A stretch of DNA of 64,000 nucleotides, taken from positions 7,049 to 71,048 of the forward strand of contig PBKD01000004.1 of the NCBI GenBank assembly GCA_002722055.1. The letters are read 5' to 3'. Within the stretch, counting starts at the first letter, position 1. The number at the start of each line of letters is the position of its first letter. The DNA is from Rhodospirillaceae bacterium. Its GTDB lineage: Bacteria > Pseudomonadota > Alphaproteobacteria > SHVP01. Below are positions 1-9,486 of this stretch, piece after piece. A model generated the notes under the pieces. It had not been told where the DNA came from and did not search any database. It saw only the letters and a program-made list of their open reading frames with translations. Position numbers and translations under genes: made by a program.

Positions 1-19
1 TTTGAAAGAGTAGTATTTC

Positions 20-895
20 ATGGTTGAAAATTCTATTAGTAATTATAAAGATTTCCTGAACAAAGTTTCTAAAGCAACAGATATAGTTACAATCGCACCA
101 ATATGGGGATTCTATGATGTTCTTAATAGAGTATGCCCTCCCCCCAGAGAAGGAGATCCTATACCTATTGGTTCACACTGGTGTTTTTTTCAACCCCATG
201 TCCCTATGAGCGAGGTTGGAGAAGATGGGCACCCTAAAAGGGGTAAGTTTATGCCTGATCCACCAAATCTTCCAAGGAGAATGTTTGCTGGATCAAGTAT
301 TACTTTTTTTAAAGATATAAAAATTGGTGATAAAGTCTTGAGAGAGCAGAAAATCCAATCTATTTCTGAAAAAAAAGGAAAAAGTGGTGAACTTCTTTTT
401 GTTAATTTAGAAGAAAAATATATAGTTGATGGTAAGACGTCTATTTTACAAATTAACAATATTGTATACAGAGAAGCTCCAAATAAAACTGAATTAACTA
501 ATAAAAATATCTTAGGAAAACAATTAGAGAATAATATTTTATCTACTTGTCTAAAGAAGGAAATTATACCGGACCCAGTTATGTTATTTAAGTACTCTGC
601 AATAACTTTTAATGGCCATAGAATTCATTATGATAGGAAATACTCAATTGATAAGGAAGGTTACCCAGGATTAGTAGTTCATGGACCTTTAACAGCAACC
701 TTTTTAATGCATTTTTGTGAGAATACTCTTCAAAAGCATATAAAAAAATTTGAATTTAGAGCAATTAAGCCCATCTTTGACATAGAGAAATTTATGCTTA
801 ATCTCTACGAAGATAAAGACAATGGAACTATCGATGTCTACGCTACTAATTTAAAAAATGAAATTTGCATGTCTGCTAAAGCTGTAATGGTTTAA
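20..895 (+). CDS. MaoC-family acyl dehydratase/enoyl-CoA hydratase, two hot-dog halves (N-terminal FAS1-like dehydratase plus C-terminal MaoC)
   Basis: Translation has the C-terminal hot-dog motif 'LVVHGPLTATFLMHF' and a length and architecture typical of mesaconyl-CoA hydratase / HTD2-like proteins. An in-frame stop at 11-13 shows the gene starts inside the window. Confidence 0.55.
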   Translation: MVENSISNYKDFLNKVSKATDIVTIAPIWGFYDVLNRVCPPPREGDPIPIGSHWCFFQPHVPMSEVGEDGHPKRGKFMPDPPNLPRRMFAGSSITFFKDIKIGDKVLREQKIQSISEKKGKSGELLFVNLEEKYIVDGKTSILQINNIVYREAPNKTELTNKNILGKQLENNILSTCLKKEIIPDPVMLFKYSAITFNGHRIHYDRKYSIDKEGYPGLVVHGPLTATFLMHFCENTLQKHIKKFEFRAIKPIFDIEKFMLNLYEDKDNGTIDVYATNLKNEICMSAKAVMV

Positions 896-900
896 ATAAA

Positions 901-1623
901 TTAGAATTTTTCAAAATTTGATAACTCATAAATAACACCCTTGTTATTTCCTTTAATAACTTGCATTTTTATAAAAATAGAGTCATCCCCGTGAGACCAT
1001 ATTAGTAGCTCCTTACCAAAAGGAGTAAGCCAAATAAATTTATCACAAAGGAATTTTCCTGCTGATACGTCAACTTTCTCTATGCCTTCGTATCGTGCTG
1101 TTGAGGATAATATAGTTCCATGACTAATTGTTCTACCATTCCATGTATCTGAAACAGTAAAAGTTAAAATTTCGTTATATTCATTTTTTCTTTTACCAAC
1201 CATCCTCATCTTCCATGCTTCATGAAAAATTGCATGAAAACCTAAAATTACATTTTTTTTTATAGAAAAAACTTTATGATCATAATTTCCATTTGGTTTA
1301 CATAACCATGAATGCAAATCTCCATCGATTAATTTTCTTTGAATAGAACCTTCATATTTATTCTTATAATATAAATTACCAAACGCCTCTATTGGTTGCC
1401 AATATTTAGACTCCTTCTGATAAACATCTCTTAATAAATCTCTATTCGGAGAGCGAGATACTGCTCTTAAAGTCCTGGATCCATCTGGATTTCTAGTAAT
1501 AATAAAATTTTCATAGTCATAAGTTTTCCCATCAGTATCAATGATATTAATTTGCCCTTTATAGACTAAAAAATTCATATGATTCATATCTAATATTTTA
1601 TATCTGGATGCTTTAAATGCCAC
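901..1623 (-). CDS. hypothetical protein, no recognisable family
   Basis: The track start is GTG. An in-frame ATG at about 1587 or 1578 would sit 2 nt after the amidase stop, suggesting translational coupling with the upstream amidase. Confidence 0.4.
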   Translation of the reverse strand: MAFKASRYKILDMNHMNFLVYKGQINIIDTDGKTYDYENFIITRNPDGSRTLRAVSRSPNRDLLRDVYQKESKYWQPIEAFGNLYYKNKYEGSIQRKLIDGDLHSWLCKPNGNYDHKVFSIKKNVILGFHAIFHEAWKMRMVGKRKNEYNEILTFTVSDTWNGRTISHGTILSSTARYEGIEKVDVSAGKFLCDKFIWLTPFGKELLIWSHGDDSIFIKMQVIKGNNKGVIYELSNFEKF

Positions 1624-2984
1624 GAAGTATTCAACTGATATGCATTTGACAATTGAAATAATTTTTCTTCTTTAAAGTGTGATGAAATGAGCTGAAATGC
1701 TAGAGGCATACCTTCTTTATTGAAACCAGAGGGTATAGTAATTGAGGGATTGCCTGATATATTATATGGAACTGTAAATCTTAATAAATCGCCCTGGTTA
1801 TTTATATCCCCTAATGAGTCAATTGTTTTGTTAAGGGCAGCTGTTGGCCAAGGAGGGCATATAATTATATCAACAGAATTAAAAACTTTACTTAACTGAT
1901 TACTAAACTCTCTTGAACTTTTTAAAAGCTTAACATAAGAGTCGTTATTTAATTTTGAGCCATTTATCAAAAGTTCTTTATAAACTTGACCAAGTTCATT
2001 ACCTCTCTCTAAAAGTTCTTTATTCTCTGAATATGCTTCAGCAGAAACTAGATCAGTAAATTTAGGAGTAATTTTTTTTGTATTTGGAATTTTGATTTCA
2101 ACTAAGCTTACTCCAAGATCTGATAAAAAAAGCATTGCCTTATTGATTGCCTGATAGAGCTGAGAGTCAACATCAGTTTCGTTATATTCAGGATCATACC
2201 CAACTTTCAAGCCTTTAATATCTAATTCAAAAGTAGATAAATAGTTTCTAATATCAGCAAAACTTGAATTTGGATCATCTGGATCATGCCCTGAAATTAC
2301 ATTCATTAAAGCGGCACAATCTCGGGCGTTTCTCCCTATTGGACCAATATGATCTAATGAAGGAGCTAAGGGCATTATACCAAATGTACTTACTCTTCCA
2401 AAAGTTGGCTTTACTCCTGTCACTCCACAACATATAGAAGGGTAGCGAATAGAACCCCCTGTATCTGAACCTATTGCAAGGGTGCACAAGCCTGCAGCTA
2501 CAGCTACAGCAGCGCCTGATGATGATACTCCAGTACTATATTCTAAATTCCATGGATTTTTTGGCTCTGGCATTCTTGAAGCGTGCTCAATAAACGCCCC
2601 TTCAGTTAAAGCTAACTTTCCAACAATAATTGCCCCAGAATCCTTTAGTTTTTTTACAATTGTTGAATTTTTTTTAGGAACAAAATCTCTTCTTGAATTA
2701 GATCCACCCGTTGTGGGATATCCCTTGATATCACAAATATCTTTCAAAGCAATTGGAATACCCATTAAAGGGGAAATAAATTTACCTTTTTTTACGTAAT
2801 TATCTATGATTTTTGCTTCTTTATAGGCTTCATTTTTTGTAAGACAAATGAAGGCAGAGAGAACTGGATCAAGCTTTTCAATACGATCGTAAAAATAAGA
2901 GACTAATTCTGAAGGAAGGATATCTAGATTTTTGTAATCATTATGTATTTCAAAAATTGATTTATAGTGCCAATCAGAATTCAT
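1590..2984 (-). CDS. amidase (amidase-signature family)
   Basis: Has the amidase-signature Gly/Ser-rich core 'GGSSGGAAVAVAAG' and 'GSDTGGSIRYPS' with the Ser-cisSer-Lys context. The track start codon is ATG. Confidence 0.8.
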   Translation of the reverse strand: MNSDWHYKSIFEIHNDYKNLDILPSELVSYFYDRIEKLDPVLSAFICLTKNEAYKEAKIIDNYVKKGKFISPLMGIPIALKDICDIKGYPTTGGSNSRRDFVPKKNSTIVKKLKDSGAIIVGKLALTEGAFIEHASRMPEPKNPWNLEYSTGVSSSGAAVAVAAGLCTLAIGSDTGGSIRYPSICCGVTGVKPTFGRVSTFGIMPLAPSLDHIGPIGRNARDCAALMNVISGHDPDDPNSSFADIRNYLSTFELDIKGLKVGYDPEYNETDVDSQLYQAINKAMLFLSDLGVSLVEIKIPNTKKITPKFTDLVSAEAYSENKELLERGNELGQVYKELLINGSKLNNDSYVKLLKSSREFSNQLSKVFNSVDIIICPPWPTAALNKTIDSLGDINNQGDLLRFTVPYNISGNPSITIPSGFNKEGMPLAFQLISSHFKEEKLFQLSNAYQLNTSWHLKHPDIKY

Positions 2985-3119
2985 ATTTCTATTTTAAACT
3001 ATTAGAACTATACAATCAAAAAAACATATGCAATTTTGTCCACCATGCGAACAAAAAAATTCAATTTGTACAATAATATCTTCTTTGGTGATATAGTTTC
3101 AAAAATAGGAGTAAATTTT

Positions 3120-4295
3120 ATGAGATTTTCATACACTCATCATATGCCATATACAGGAATAGATAAAGCTGGCCAAGACTGGCCTGTTTCCAATAAACAA
3201 TTTGATCCCAAGAAAGGTGCTAAATTATTTAATCACTATTTAGAGGATAAAATAGCTGCTGAAGATGCTGGTTTTGACTGGATTGGATGTAACGAGCATC
3301 ATATGAGTCCTTATGGTTTAATGCCTAATCCAAATTTAGTAGGAGCAGTTATTGCTAATAGAACAAAAAGTGCTGGTATACTTCAGTCTGGTGTTATTGT
3401 CCCTCTAGTGAACCCAATAAGATTAGCTGAAGAATATGCAATGCTAGATGTTATGAGTAATGGAAGACTAGTTGCTGGTTTTATGAGAGGAATACCGCAT
3501 GAATATGTTGCTTATAATATATCACCTGACGAGTCTTATGAGAGAATGGAAGAAGCTATAGACTTAATTAAAAAATGTTGGAGTGAACCTGAGCCATTTG
3601 GTTGGGAAGGTAAATTTTATCAATATCGAGCAGTTTCTATTTGGCCAAAACCTGTTCAAAAACCTATGCCAAGAATTGTAATGTCAGCATCAAGTGAAAG
3701 ATCTGCTAGAATAGCTGCAAAACATCATGCCATTGCAGGAATTCTTGCTCTTACTAACATGGAAAATGGAAAAACTGCTATAAATAGATACAAGAAATAT
3801 GCAAACGATTTTGGCTGGAACCCTACAAGCTTAGATATTTTGGTAGGGATGCCTTGTTGTGTAGCACCTACATATGAAGAAGCAAAAAAGGTACTTCAAT
3901 CAGGCCAAGAATATTTTTTCGGAGTACTTGGTGGTGGAATTAGAACAGCACAAAAGCTAGTTGTTCAAAAATCAAGGTACTATAGCTCTCAAGAAGAAGC
4001 TAATAAACTTAAAGTTAAAGCGGTGAATGAGAGAATGGGCCAAAAAGGCATGAGTTTTGATGAAAGAGTGGAAGCTGGTTTGATTTTATGTGGGACTCCT
4101 GAAATGGTAATAGAACAAATCGAGAAAGCTCATAAAGAATTAGGTCATGGAAGAATGAATATTACACTTAAAGTTGGTAATATACCTGATGAATTAGTAT
4201 CTAGATCAATGAATTATCTTAAAGAAATAGTCTTTCCTGCTGTAAAAAATTTAGGAGAAGAGTTAGACCCTGCTCCAGCTCAAGCAGCTGAGTGA
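3120..4295 (+). CDS. LLM-class (luciferase-like) flavin-dependent oxidoreductase
   Basis: Luciferase-like monooxygenase fold motifs are present ('IGCNEHHMSPYG', 'NGRLVAGFMRG'). The track ORF starts at a TTG at 3036. I prefer the ATG at 3120 ('MRFSY...'), which is preceded by an AGGAG about 10 nt upstream. Confidence 0.7.
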   Translation: MRFSYTHHMPYTGIDKAGQDWPVSNKQFDPKKGAKLFNHYLEDKIAAEDAGFDWIGCNEHHMSPYGLMPNPNLVGAVIANRTKSAGILQSGVIVPLVNPIRLAEEYAMLDVMSNGRLVAGFMRGIPHEYVAYNISPDESYERMEEAIDLIKKCWSEPEPFGWEGKFYQYRAVSIWPKPVQKPMPRIVMSASSERSARIAAKHHAIAGILALTNMENGKTAINRYKKYANDFGWNPTSLDILVGMPCCVAPTYEEAKKVLQSGQEYFFGVLGGGIRTAQKLVVQKSRYYSSQEEANKLKVKAVNERMGQKGMSFDERVEAGLILCGTPEMVIEQIEKAHKELGHGRMNITLKVGNIPDELVSRSMNYLKEIVFPAVKNLGEELDPAPAQAAE

Positions 4296-4301
4296 TAAAA
4301 A

Positions 4302-5198
4302 TTGATTACACCTCCTGAAGATATTTCAGAAAAAATTAAAAGTATAGGAAACAAATTCAATCATGAAGTTGTTAAAGAAATCTATAAAATCTATATACCT
4401 TTACTAAGAAAAATAAATAATGATCATATTCATGTGAAAAAAGATATAAGCTATGGAGAGAGTGATAGAAATATTTTAGATATTCACTACTGTAAAGATA
4501 CAAATAAAAAAAATATGCCGGCAGTAATTTATTTACATGGAGGAGGATTCACAGGCGGGAATAAAAATGCTTTACCGGATGAACCAGAACTTATTCATGG
4601 AAATATCGCAAATTATTTTGTAAATAATGGTTTTATTGGCATCAATGCTACTTATAGGTTAGCACCTGAACATAAATATCCATCCGGAGCAGAAGATGTA
4701 TCAAAAATAATTAAATTTTTAATTGAAAATTCTAAAAAATTTGGGATTTCTAAAGATAAAATTTTCTTATTTGGTCAGTCCGCCGGTGCCAGTCATGTGG
4801 CTAGTTATCTTTTTAATAATTCTCCTACTATCCCTGAGTCAGGAAACTTAGCTGGCTGTATTCTTTTTTCTGGCGCATACGATTTAAATTTAGTTAATTC
4901 AAATACTATTGAAAATTATTATGGAAAAAATAGAAATCTATATAGTGAAATGTCATCGATAAATTTCATCAAAAAAAAATGCTGTCCACTATACATATTT
5001 ACATCAGAGTTTGACCCTCCTGTTTTCAAAGAACAGGGTAAAAATTTTTATGAGAAGCTAAAAAATGAAGGGCATAAAGTAAATCACAAGATTATACCAG
5101 GACATAATCACATTTCACAAGTTATTCACCTTAACACAGATGATAGATCTGTTGGCCCTTATCTAATTGAATTTATGAAAAATATAATAGCAAATTAG
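4302..5198 (+). CDS. alpha/beta-hydrolase fold esterase/lipase (HSL-like family)
   Basis: Has the oxyanion 'HGGGF' and the nucleophile elbow 'GQSAGA' (GxSxG). The TTG start lies 7 nt after the stop of the LLM gene. Confidence 0.65.
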   Translation: MITPPEDISEKIKSIGNKFNHEVVKEIYKIYIPLLRKINNDHIHVKKDISYGESDRNILDIHYCKDTNKKNMPAVIYLHGGGFTGGNKNALPDEPELIHGNIANYFVNNGFIGINATYRLAPEHKYPSGAEDVSKIIKFLIENSKKFGISKDKIFLFGQSAGASHVASYLFNNSPTIPESGNLAGCILFSGAYDLNLVNSNTIENYYGKNRNLYSEMSSINFIKKKCCPLYIFTSEFDPPVFKEQGKNFYEKLKNEGHKVNHKIIPGHNHISQVIHLNTDDRSVGPYLIEFMKNIIAN

Positions 5199-5941
5199 CC
5201 ATCATCTAGCAGTATTAAGTTTTTTGGGAAGTCTGTAAATATTGATGTTACTCCCCAGGATTTAAGCAGTTTTGCTTCTAAAGGATCATTAACGGTATAT
5301 ACAAGTACTTTTTTTCTTAAGTCAAGAAGGTATGTAATTACTTTTTTATCAACTTTCTTAAAATCTAAACCAAAATAATAGAAAGAGTTTAAATTATACT
5401 TAACAAATTTTTTTTTTGAAAATTCTTCTAGTAATATCATTTTTTTTACTTTTTGTGTTTCTACAATTTTACTAAGAGGCTTAAAATCAAAACTACTGAT
5501 TAGTAAATTATTTTTTGAAGACCATGATTTACTTAGAGTTTCCTGTACTTTACTTCCAATAGAAAACTCAAGACCTTTTTCAGTTTTAATCTCTATATTT
5601 AAATTAATAGAATTATTATTACAATAATTTATCACTTCTATTAGAGTTGGTATTTTTTCTCCTTTGAAAGATTTATGAAACCATTCACCCACATCATAAT
5701 TTTTTAAATCTTTATAGCTTTTATTTAAAACAGAAGAATTTATTCCTGTAGTTCTAAATAGATTACTATCATGGAAAACTATTAACTCCTTATCTCCTGA
5801 AAACCTTACATCCAACTCTACCCAGGTTGAACCATAAGACTTAGCTAACCTTATTGCTGCAAAAGTATTTTCTGGCGCTATAGCGCTAGCTCCTCTATGA
5901 GATATAAAATAATCAAGGGTAAATAAATTATCTTTATTCAT
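5195..5941 (-). CDS. glycerophosphodiester phosphodiesterase (GDPD family)
   Basis: The N-terminus 'HRGASAIAPENTFAAIRLA...WVELDVRFSGDKELIVFHD' is a canonical GDPD (GP-PDE) signature. Confidence 0.8.
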   Translation of the reverse strand: MNKDNLFTLDYFISHRGASAIAPENTFAAIRLAKSYGSTWVELDVRFSGDKELIVFHDSNLFRTTGINSSVLNKSYKDLKNYDVGEWFHKSFKGEKIPTLIEVINYCNNNSINLNIEIKTEKGLEFSIGSKVQETLSKSWSSKNNLLISSFDFKPLSKIVETQKVKKMILLEEFSKKKFVKYNLNSFYYFGLDFKKVDKKVITYLLDLRKKVLVYTVNDPLEAKLLKSWGVTSIFTDFPKNLILLDDG

Positions 5942-6015
5942 ATTAAATTAACAAACCTCTATTTAATTTAAAATATATAAGTTATATTATAAGTATTAAC
6001 TTTAGAGTATAGTGC

Positions 6016-6771
6016 ATGAAAAATAATAAAAAAATGATTCTTCCCTCCGTAACTAATTTTAGAGATCTAGGAGGATATATAAATAAAGATGGGCTTAAAA
6101 TTAAAAAAAATACCATTTACAGATCTAATTTTTTTTCTGAAATGTCTAAGGAAGACCAAATAAAGATAGAATCTTTAAAAATAAAAACAGTAATTGATTT
6201 TAGAGGTAAGAAAGAAATTAATTTTAATAAATATAAATTTTATTCCAGTATCGCAAAAAATAAATATTCAAAACCTATAGAAACAAAAGCTTCAGTGGAA
6301 CTATATGACCTATTTATCAAAGGTAAACCTACTGAGAAAAAAGTAAGAAATCTAATGATAGAGTCTTATAAAGAATATGCCACAGGTTTTATAAGTAACT
6401 ATAAATTTTTTTTAAATTTATTATTGGAAAAAAATAATCTACCTTTAGTCTTTCACTGTACTGCTGGGAAAGATAGAACTGGCTTTGCTTCGGCACTGAT
6501 ATTTTTTTGCTTAAATATCCACTATGAAAACATAATGGAAGATTATTTGCTTACAAATAAACTATGGAGAACAACTTTAAATTTACCAAATAAAGCAAGT
6601 AAATCATCTATTAAAGCAATGCTTAAAGCAGATGTTGATTATTTAAATTCCGCCTTAAATGAGGTGCATGAAAAATATAAAAACATTGATAATTATATAA
6701 CAACAAAGCTCAAAATAAATAAGATGAAAAAAGAAAAAATTAAATCTAATTTATTAGAAAAAATTAGGTAG
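6016..6771 (+). CDS. protein-tyrosine phosphatase-like protein (CX5R P-loop)
   Basis: 'HCTAGKDRTG' matches the HCxxGxxR(S/T) catalytic loop of PTP-type phosphatases (Tyr_phosphatase_3-like). Confidence 0.6.
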   Translation: MKNNKKMILPSVTNFRDLGGYINKDGLKIKKNTIYRSNFFSEMSKEDQIKIESLKIKTVIDFRGKKEINFNKYKFYSSIAKNKYSKPIETKASVELYDLFIKGKPTEKKVRNLMIESYKEYATGFISNYKFFLNLLLEKNNLPLVFHCTAGKDRTGFASALIFFCLNIHYENIMEDYLLTNKLWRTTLNLPNKASKSSIKAMLKADVDYLNSALNEVHEKYKNIDNYITTKLKINKMKKEKIKSNLLEKIR

Positions 6772-6918
6772 TTACAATTGCTAAGACAACACAACATAGA
6801 CCAAAAAAAATAATTATTGTTATTGGTTTTATATCATTTTTTTTCATAGTTTTTTCCTTATAATTATCTTAACATATACGCTTTAAAAAAAATATATGTA
6901 GAAAGTAATATTTATATA

Positions 6919-7725
6919 TTATTTTAAATGAAATTTTATCTGTTTAGCTGCATTCGACACCTGCTCTTTACTAGCTGTAGATGGACTTACACAAAGACTT
7001 TGATGAACTTCATATTTTTTTACAAATTTTTCTAAAATTTTTGGAATAATTAAAGATACTTGGATTTTAGCTAAATTCTCCTTGGTAGGGTATTTAAGCG
7101 CCGCATTTAATGCTAAATGATATGTCTCAGCGGACTTAACTAGCTCAACAGTTTTTTCATGTAGTTGTTTAGGTGAAGGAAGTCCATTAGGTCTTGCAAA
7201 CTCTTTATCCTTCTTAAACCATGGGAAGAAAAGATGTTGATCTCTCGCAAGGTGCCATAAGAAATTAAATTGGCTTCCATAATAATCAAATTTAATTTTT
7301 GGAGCATGACCACTTTCTAATAGTTGTTGAACTTTATCATCGTATATTTGAAGAAATTCTATATAAAATTTTTTTATTCTTGAAGGTTGTTGTATTGACA
7401 TTTCTATACCGCAATGCGCTCCAGTCATACTACCCCAAAGAAAAAAATTTTCTATGTTAAGCTGATCTAAAAAACGAAATATTGAGTTTGAAAAATAAGC
7501 AACATTAGGATTTTCTATATCAGGGCCCTCAGAGTCACCCATTCCCATAATATCAGGAGCAATTACAAAATAATCAGCACCTAATTTTTCAATTAAAGGT
7601 ATTAAAGAATGTGAAGATGTGGGACCTGGATGTAACATGACTAATGGTGGATTATTATTTCGATCACCAAAGTATCTGTAATGAATTTGACCTTCTTTAA
7701 TATTTATAAACCCTCTTTTAACCAT
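6919..7725 (-). CDS. alpha/beta-hydrolase fold protein
   Basis: Length about 270 aa, with 'LVMLHPGPTSSHS...' and '...FLWGSMTGAH' spaced as in the alpha/beta-hydrolase_1 family. No firm nucleophile motif was identified. Confidence 0.45.
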   Translation of the reverse strand: MVKRGFINIKEGQIHYRYFGDRNNNPPLVMLHPGPTSSHSLIPLIEKLGADYFVIAPDIMGMGDSEGPDIENPNVAYFSNSIFRFLDQLNIENFFLWGSMTGAHCGIEMSIQQPSRIKKFYIEFLQIYDDKVQQLLESGHAPKIKFDYYGSQFNFLWHLARDQHLFFPWFKKDKEFARPNGLPSPKQLHEKTVELVKSAETYHLALNAALKYPTKENLAKIQVSLIIPKILEKFVKKYEVHQSLCVSPSTASKEQVSNAAKQIKFHLK

Positions 7726-7741
7726 TTTTATATCCTTGTTA

Positions 7742-8782
7742 TTATCCCTTACTCTCTTTCTTAATTGCTTGAACTAAATCTATGATTGATTCTCTTGGGG
7801 TATTAAAGCTTATCATAATTCTGTATATTCTTTCAGATTTATCTCCCCAGAAACTAAAATTGAAACCCTGATTAAATAATCTTTTTACTACTTCATCTGA
7901 TAAATTTACAAAAACGGCATTTGATTGAACAGGGTAAACAACCTTAACTCCTTTAATTGACTTTAAGCTCTCAGATAAAAAAGACGCCATATCATTAGCA
8001 TGCCTAGCATTCTTCTCCCAAATACCAGTTTCAATATATGAATTTAACTGAGCAGATATAAATCGCATTTTTGAAATCAGGTGGCCTCCTCTTTTCCTAT
8101 AGTACTCAATATTTTCTGATAGATAATTATTAAAATAAATAATTGCCTCAGCACAGAACGCACCATTCTTTGTTGCACCAAAAGATAGAATATCTACCCC
8201 TGATTTCCATGTAATATCTGCAAATGTGCAATCTAGATAAACTACAGCATTTGCAATTCTTGCTCCATCCATATGCAAAAACATATTATTTTCATGAGTA
8301 ATTTCTGCAATTTTTCTAATTTCATCAAGATTATAAACCGTTCCTAACTCTGAAGATTGCGTAATTGACACCAAAGCAGGTTTTGAATTATGTATTCCAC
8401 GAGGAGAAATATTATCAATTTTTTTAATTAGATCCTTATAACATAATTTCGCATCATTCGATTTAACATTGATTAACTTCGCACCTCCAGTATAAAATTC
8501 AGGAGCATTGCATTCATCCTCATTTATATGAGACTCCTCAGAAGTGAAGATTGCCCCATAAGGAGGTACACAACTTGCAAAGGCTAAAGAGTTTGCAGCT
8601 GTGCCTGACACTACTGGAAAAGATCCTACTTTATTCTCAAATAGTATATCAAAATTTTTGTTTAACTTATCTGTTTCTTTATCATCACCGTAAGAATCCA
8701 CTAATCCATGGTTTGCAAGTGTTAAACTTTCTAATATTTCTTTTGATATTCCACTTACATTATCACTTAAAAAATTTTTCAT
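7742..8782 (-). CDS. ltaE: low-specificity L-threonine aldolase (beta-eliminating lyase family, PLP)
   Basis: 'SGTAANSLAF', 'FGATKNGAF' (the PLP-Lys region) and the overall length match threonine aldolase. Confidence 0.7.
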   Translation of the reverse strand: MKNFLSDNVSGISKEILESLTLANHGLVDSYGDDKETDKLNKNFDILFENKVGSFPVVSGTAANSLAFASCVPPYGAIFTSEESHINEDECNAPEFYTGGAKLINVKSNDAKLCYKDLIKKIDNISPRGIHNSKPALVSITQSSELGTVYNLDEIRKIAEITHENNMFLHMDGARIANAVVYLDCTFADITWKSGVDILSFGATKNGAFCAEAIIYFNNYLSENIEYYRKRGGHLISKMRFISAQLNSYIETGIWEKNARHANDMASFLSESLKSIKGVKVVYPVQSNAVFVNLSDEVVKRLFNQGFNFSFWGDKSERIYRIMISFNTPRESIIDLVQAIKKESKG

Positions 8783-9203
8783 TTTCTATATGGTACTCAC
8801 AATTTAAAAATTCCTTACTGACACAATCTTTTCTCATATAAACTAAAACTTTAGAGTGTTTTTTTTCTCTCAACGCCACTATAAACCATAGTAAGCCTTT
8901 ATCATTAAAAAAATAAATATCTTTTGCAGATAAATTAACACTTCCATTAGGATGAGAATGATATATGCCTAATATTTTTCTATTACTCAATCTTAGCTTC
9001 TTTTGTAAATTTATTTGGCACTCAGGGTTTATTTCAAACCCTAGCTCTGGGGTTTGTGATATATTCTCACTAGGGTGAAATTCATCTATCTTATAGATTT
9101 CTTTATTTCTTATACCAGATAAAAAACCACAGCATTCTTCTGGAAATGTTTTCTTCGCTTCTAATTTTATTTTATTTATAATTTTTTTTCTTATAAAAAT
9201 CAT
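8763..9203 (-). CDS. JAMM/MPN+ (Mov34) family metalloprotease-like protein
   Basis: N-terminal 'EECCGFLSG' plus the JAMM motif 'HSHPNGSVNLSAKD' (H-x-H-x7-S-x2-D). Confidence 0.7.
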   Translation of the reverse strand: MIFIRKKIINKIKLEAKKTFPEECCGFLSGIRNKEIYKIDEFHPSENISQTPELGFEINPECQINLQKKLRLSNRKILGIYHSHPNGSVNLSAKDIYFFNDKGLLWFIVALREKKHSKVLVYMRKDCVSKEFLNCEYHIENEKFFK

Positions 9204-9475
9204 TTATTAATTATAATTTCTTTTAATTCTTTGCCATTACTAACATCAAAAACTTTAATAACTTCATTTCCGTCATTTTTTGTAATGTGAAAAAAAAATT
9301 TATTTTTATCAATAGTTTGACTCAAAATAGTAGATCCTTCAGGAAGATTTATTACTATTTCAGAGTGCATACCATGCTTAGAAGAAGATCTATTATAAAT
9401 TGTTATAACAATTACAGACAAACCGGCTATAATAAGTATTCCCATAAATACTACTAAAAATTTGAGAAGCCGCAT
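9200..9475 (-). CDS. small single-pass membrane protein (hypothetical)
   Basis: The N-terminal hydrophobic helix 'LKFLVVFMGILIIAGLSVIVITIY' is followed by a roughly 60-aa soluble domain. The track start at 9481 is GTG and I prefer the ATG two codons in. The start overlaps the JAMM gene by 4 nt (ATGA). Confidence 0.4.
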   Translation of the reverse strand: MRLLKFLVVFMGILIIAGLSVIVITIYNRSSSKHGMHSEIVINLPEGSTILSQTIDKNKFFFHITKNDGNEVIKVFDVSNGKELKEIIINK

Positions 9476-9486
9476 AAACACACCTT

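Noticed and set aside
190-459. Many antisense or embedded ORFs in the track (e.g. 190-459-, 2284-2487-, 2482-2799+, 16335-16565+, 17234-17461+, 17926-18147+, 19458-19739+, 21210-21510+, 22415-22651+, 26303-26919+, 36097-36333+, 41178-41492-, 43934-44347-, 44600-45007+, 63591-63875-)
   Set aside because: Each lies entirely inside a well-supported gene on the opposite strand or in another frame, with low-complexity translations. They are typical shadow ORFs of AT-rich DNA.
6768-6851. 27-aa hydrophobic micro-ORF (MKKNDIKPITIIIFFGLCCVVLAIVTT) on the minus strand after the phosphatase gene
   Set aside because: It lies in an A/T homopolymer-rich spacer, has no RBS, and overlaps the 3' end of the upstream gene. 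It is more likely chance than a gene.
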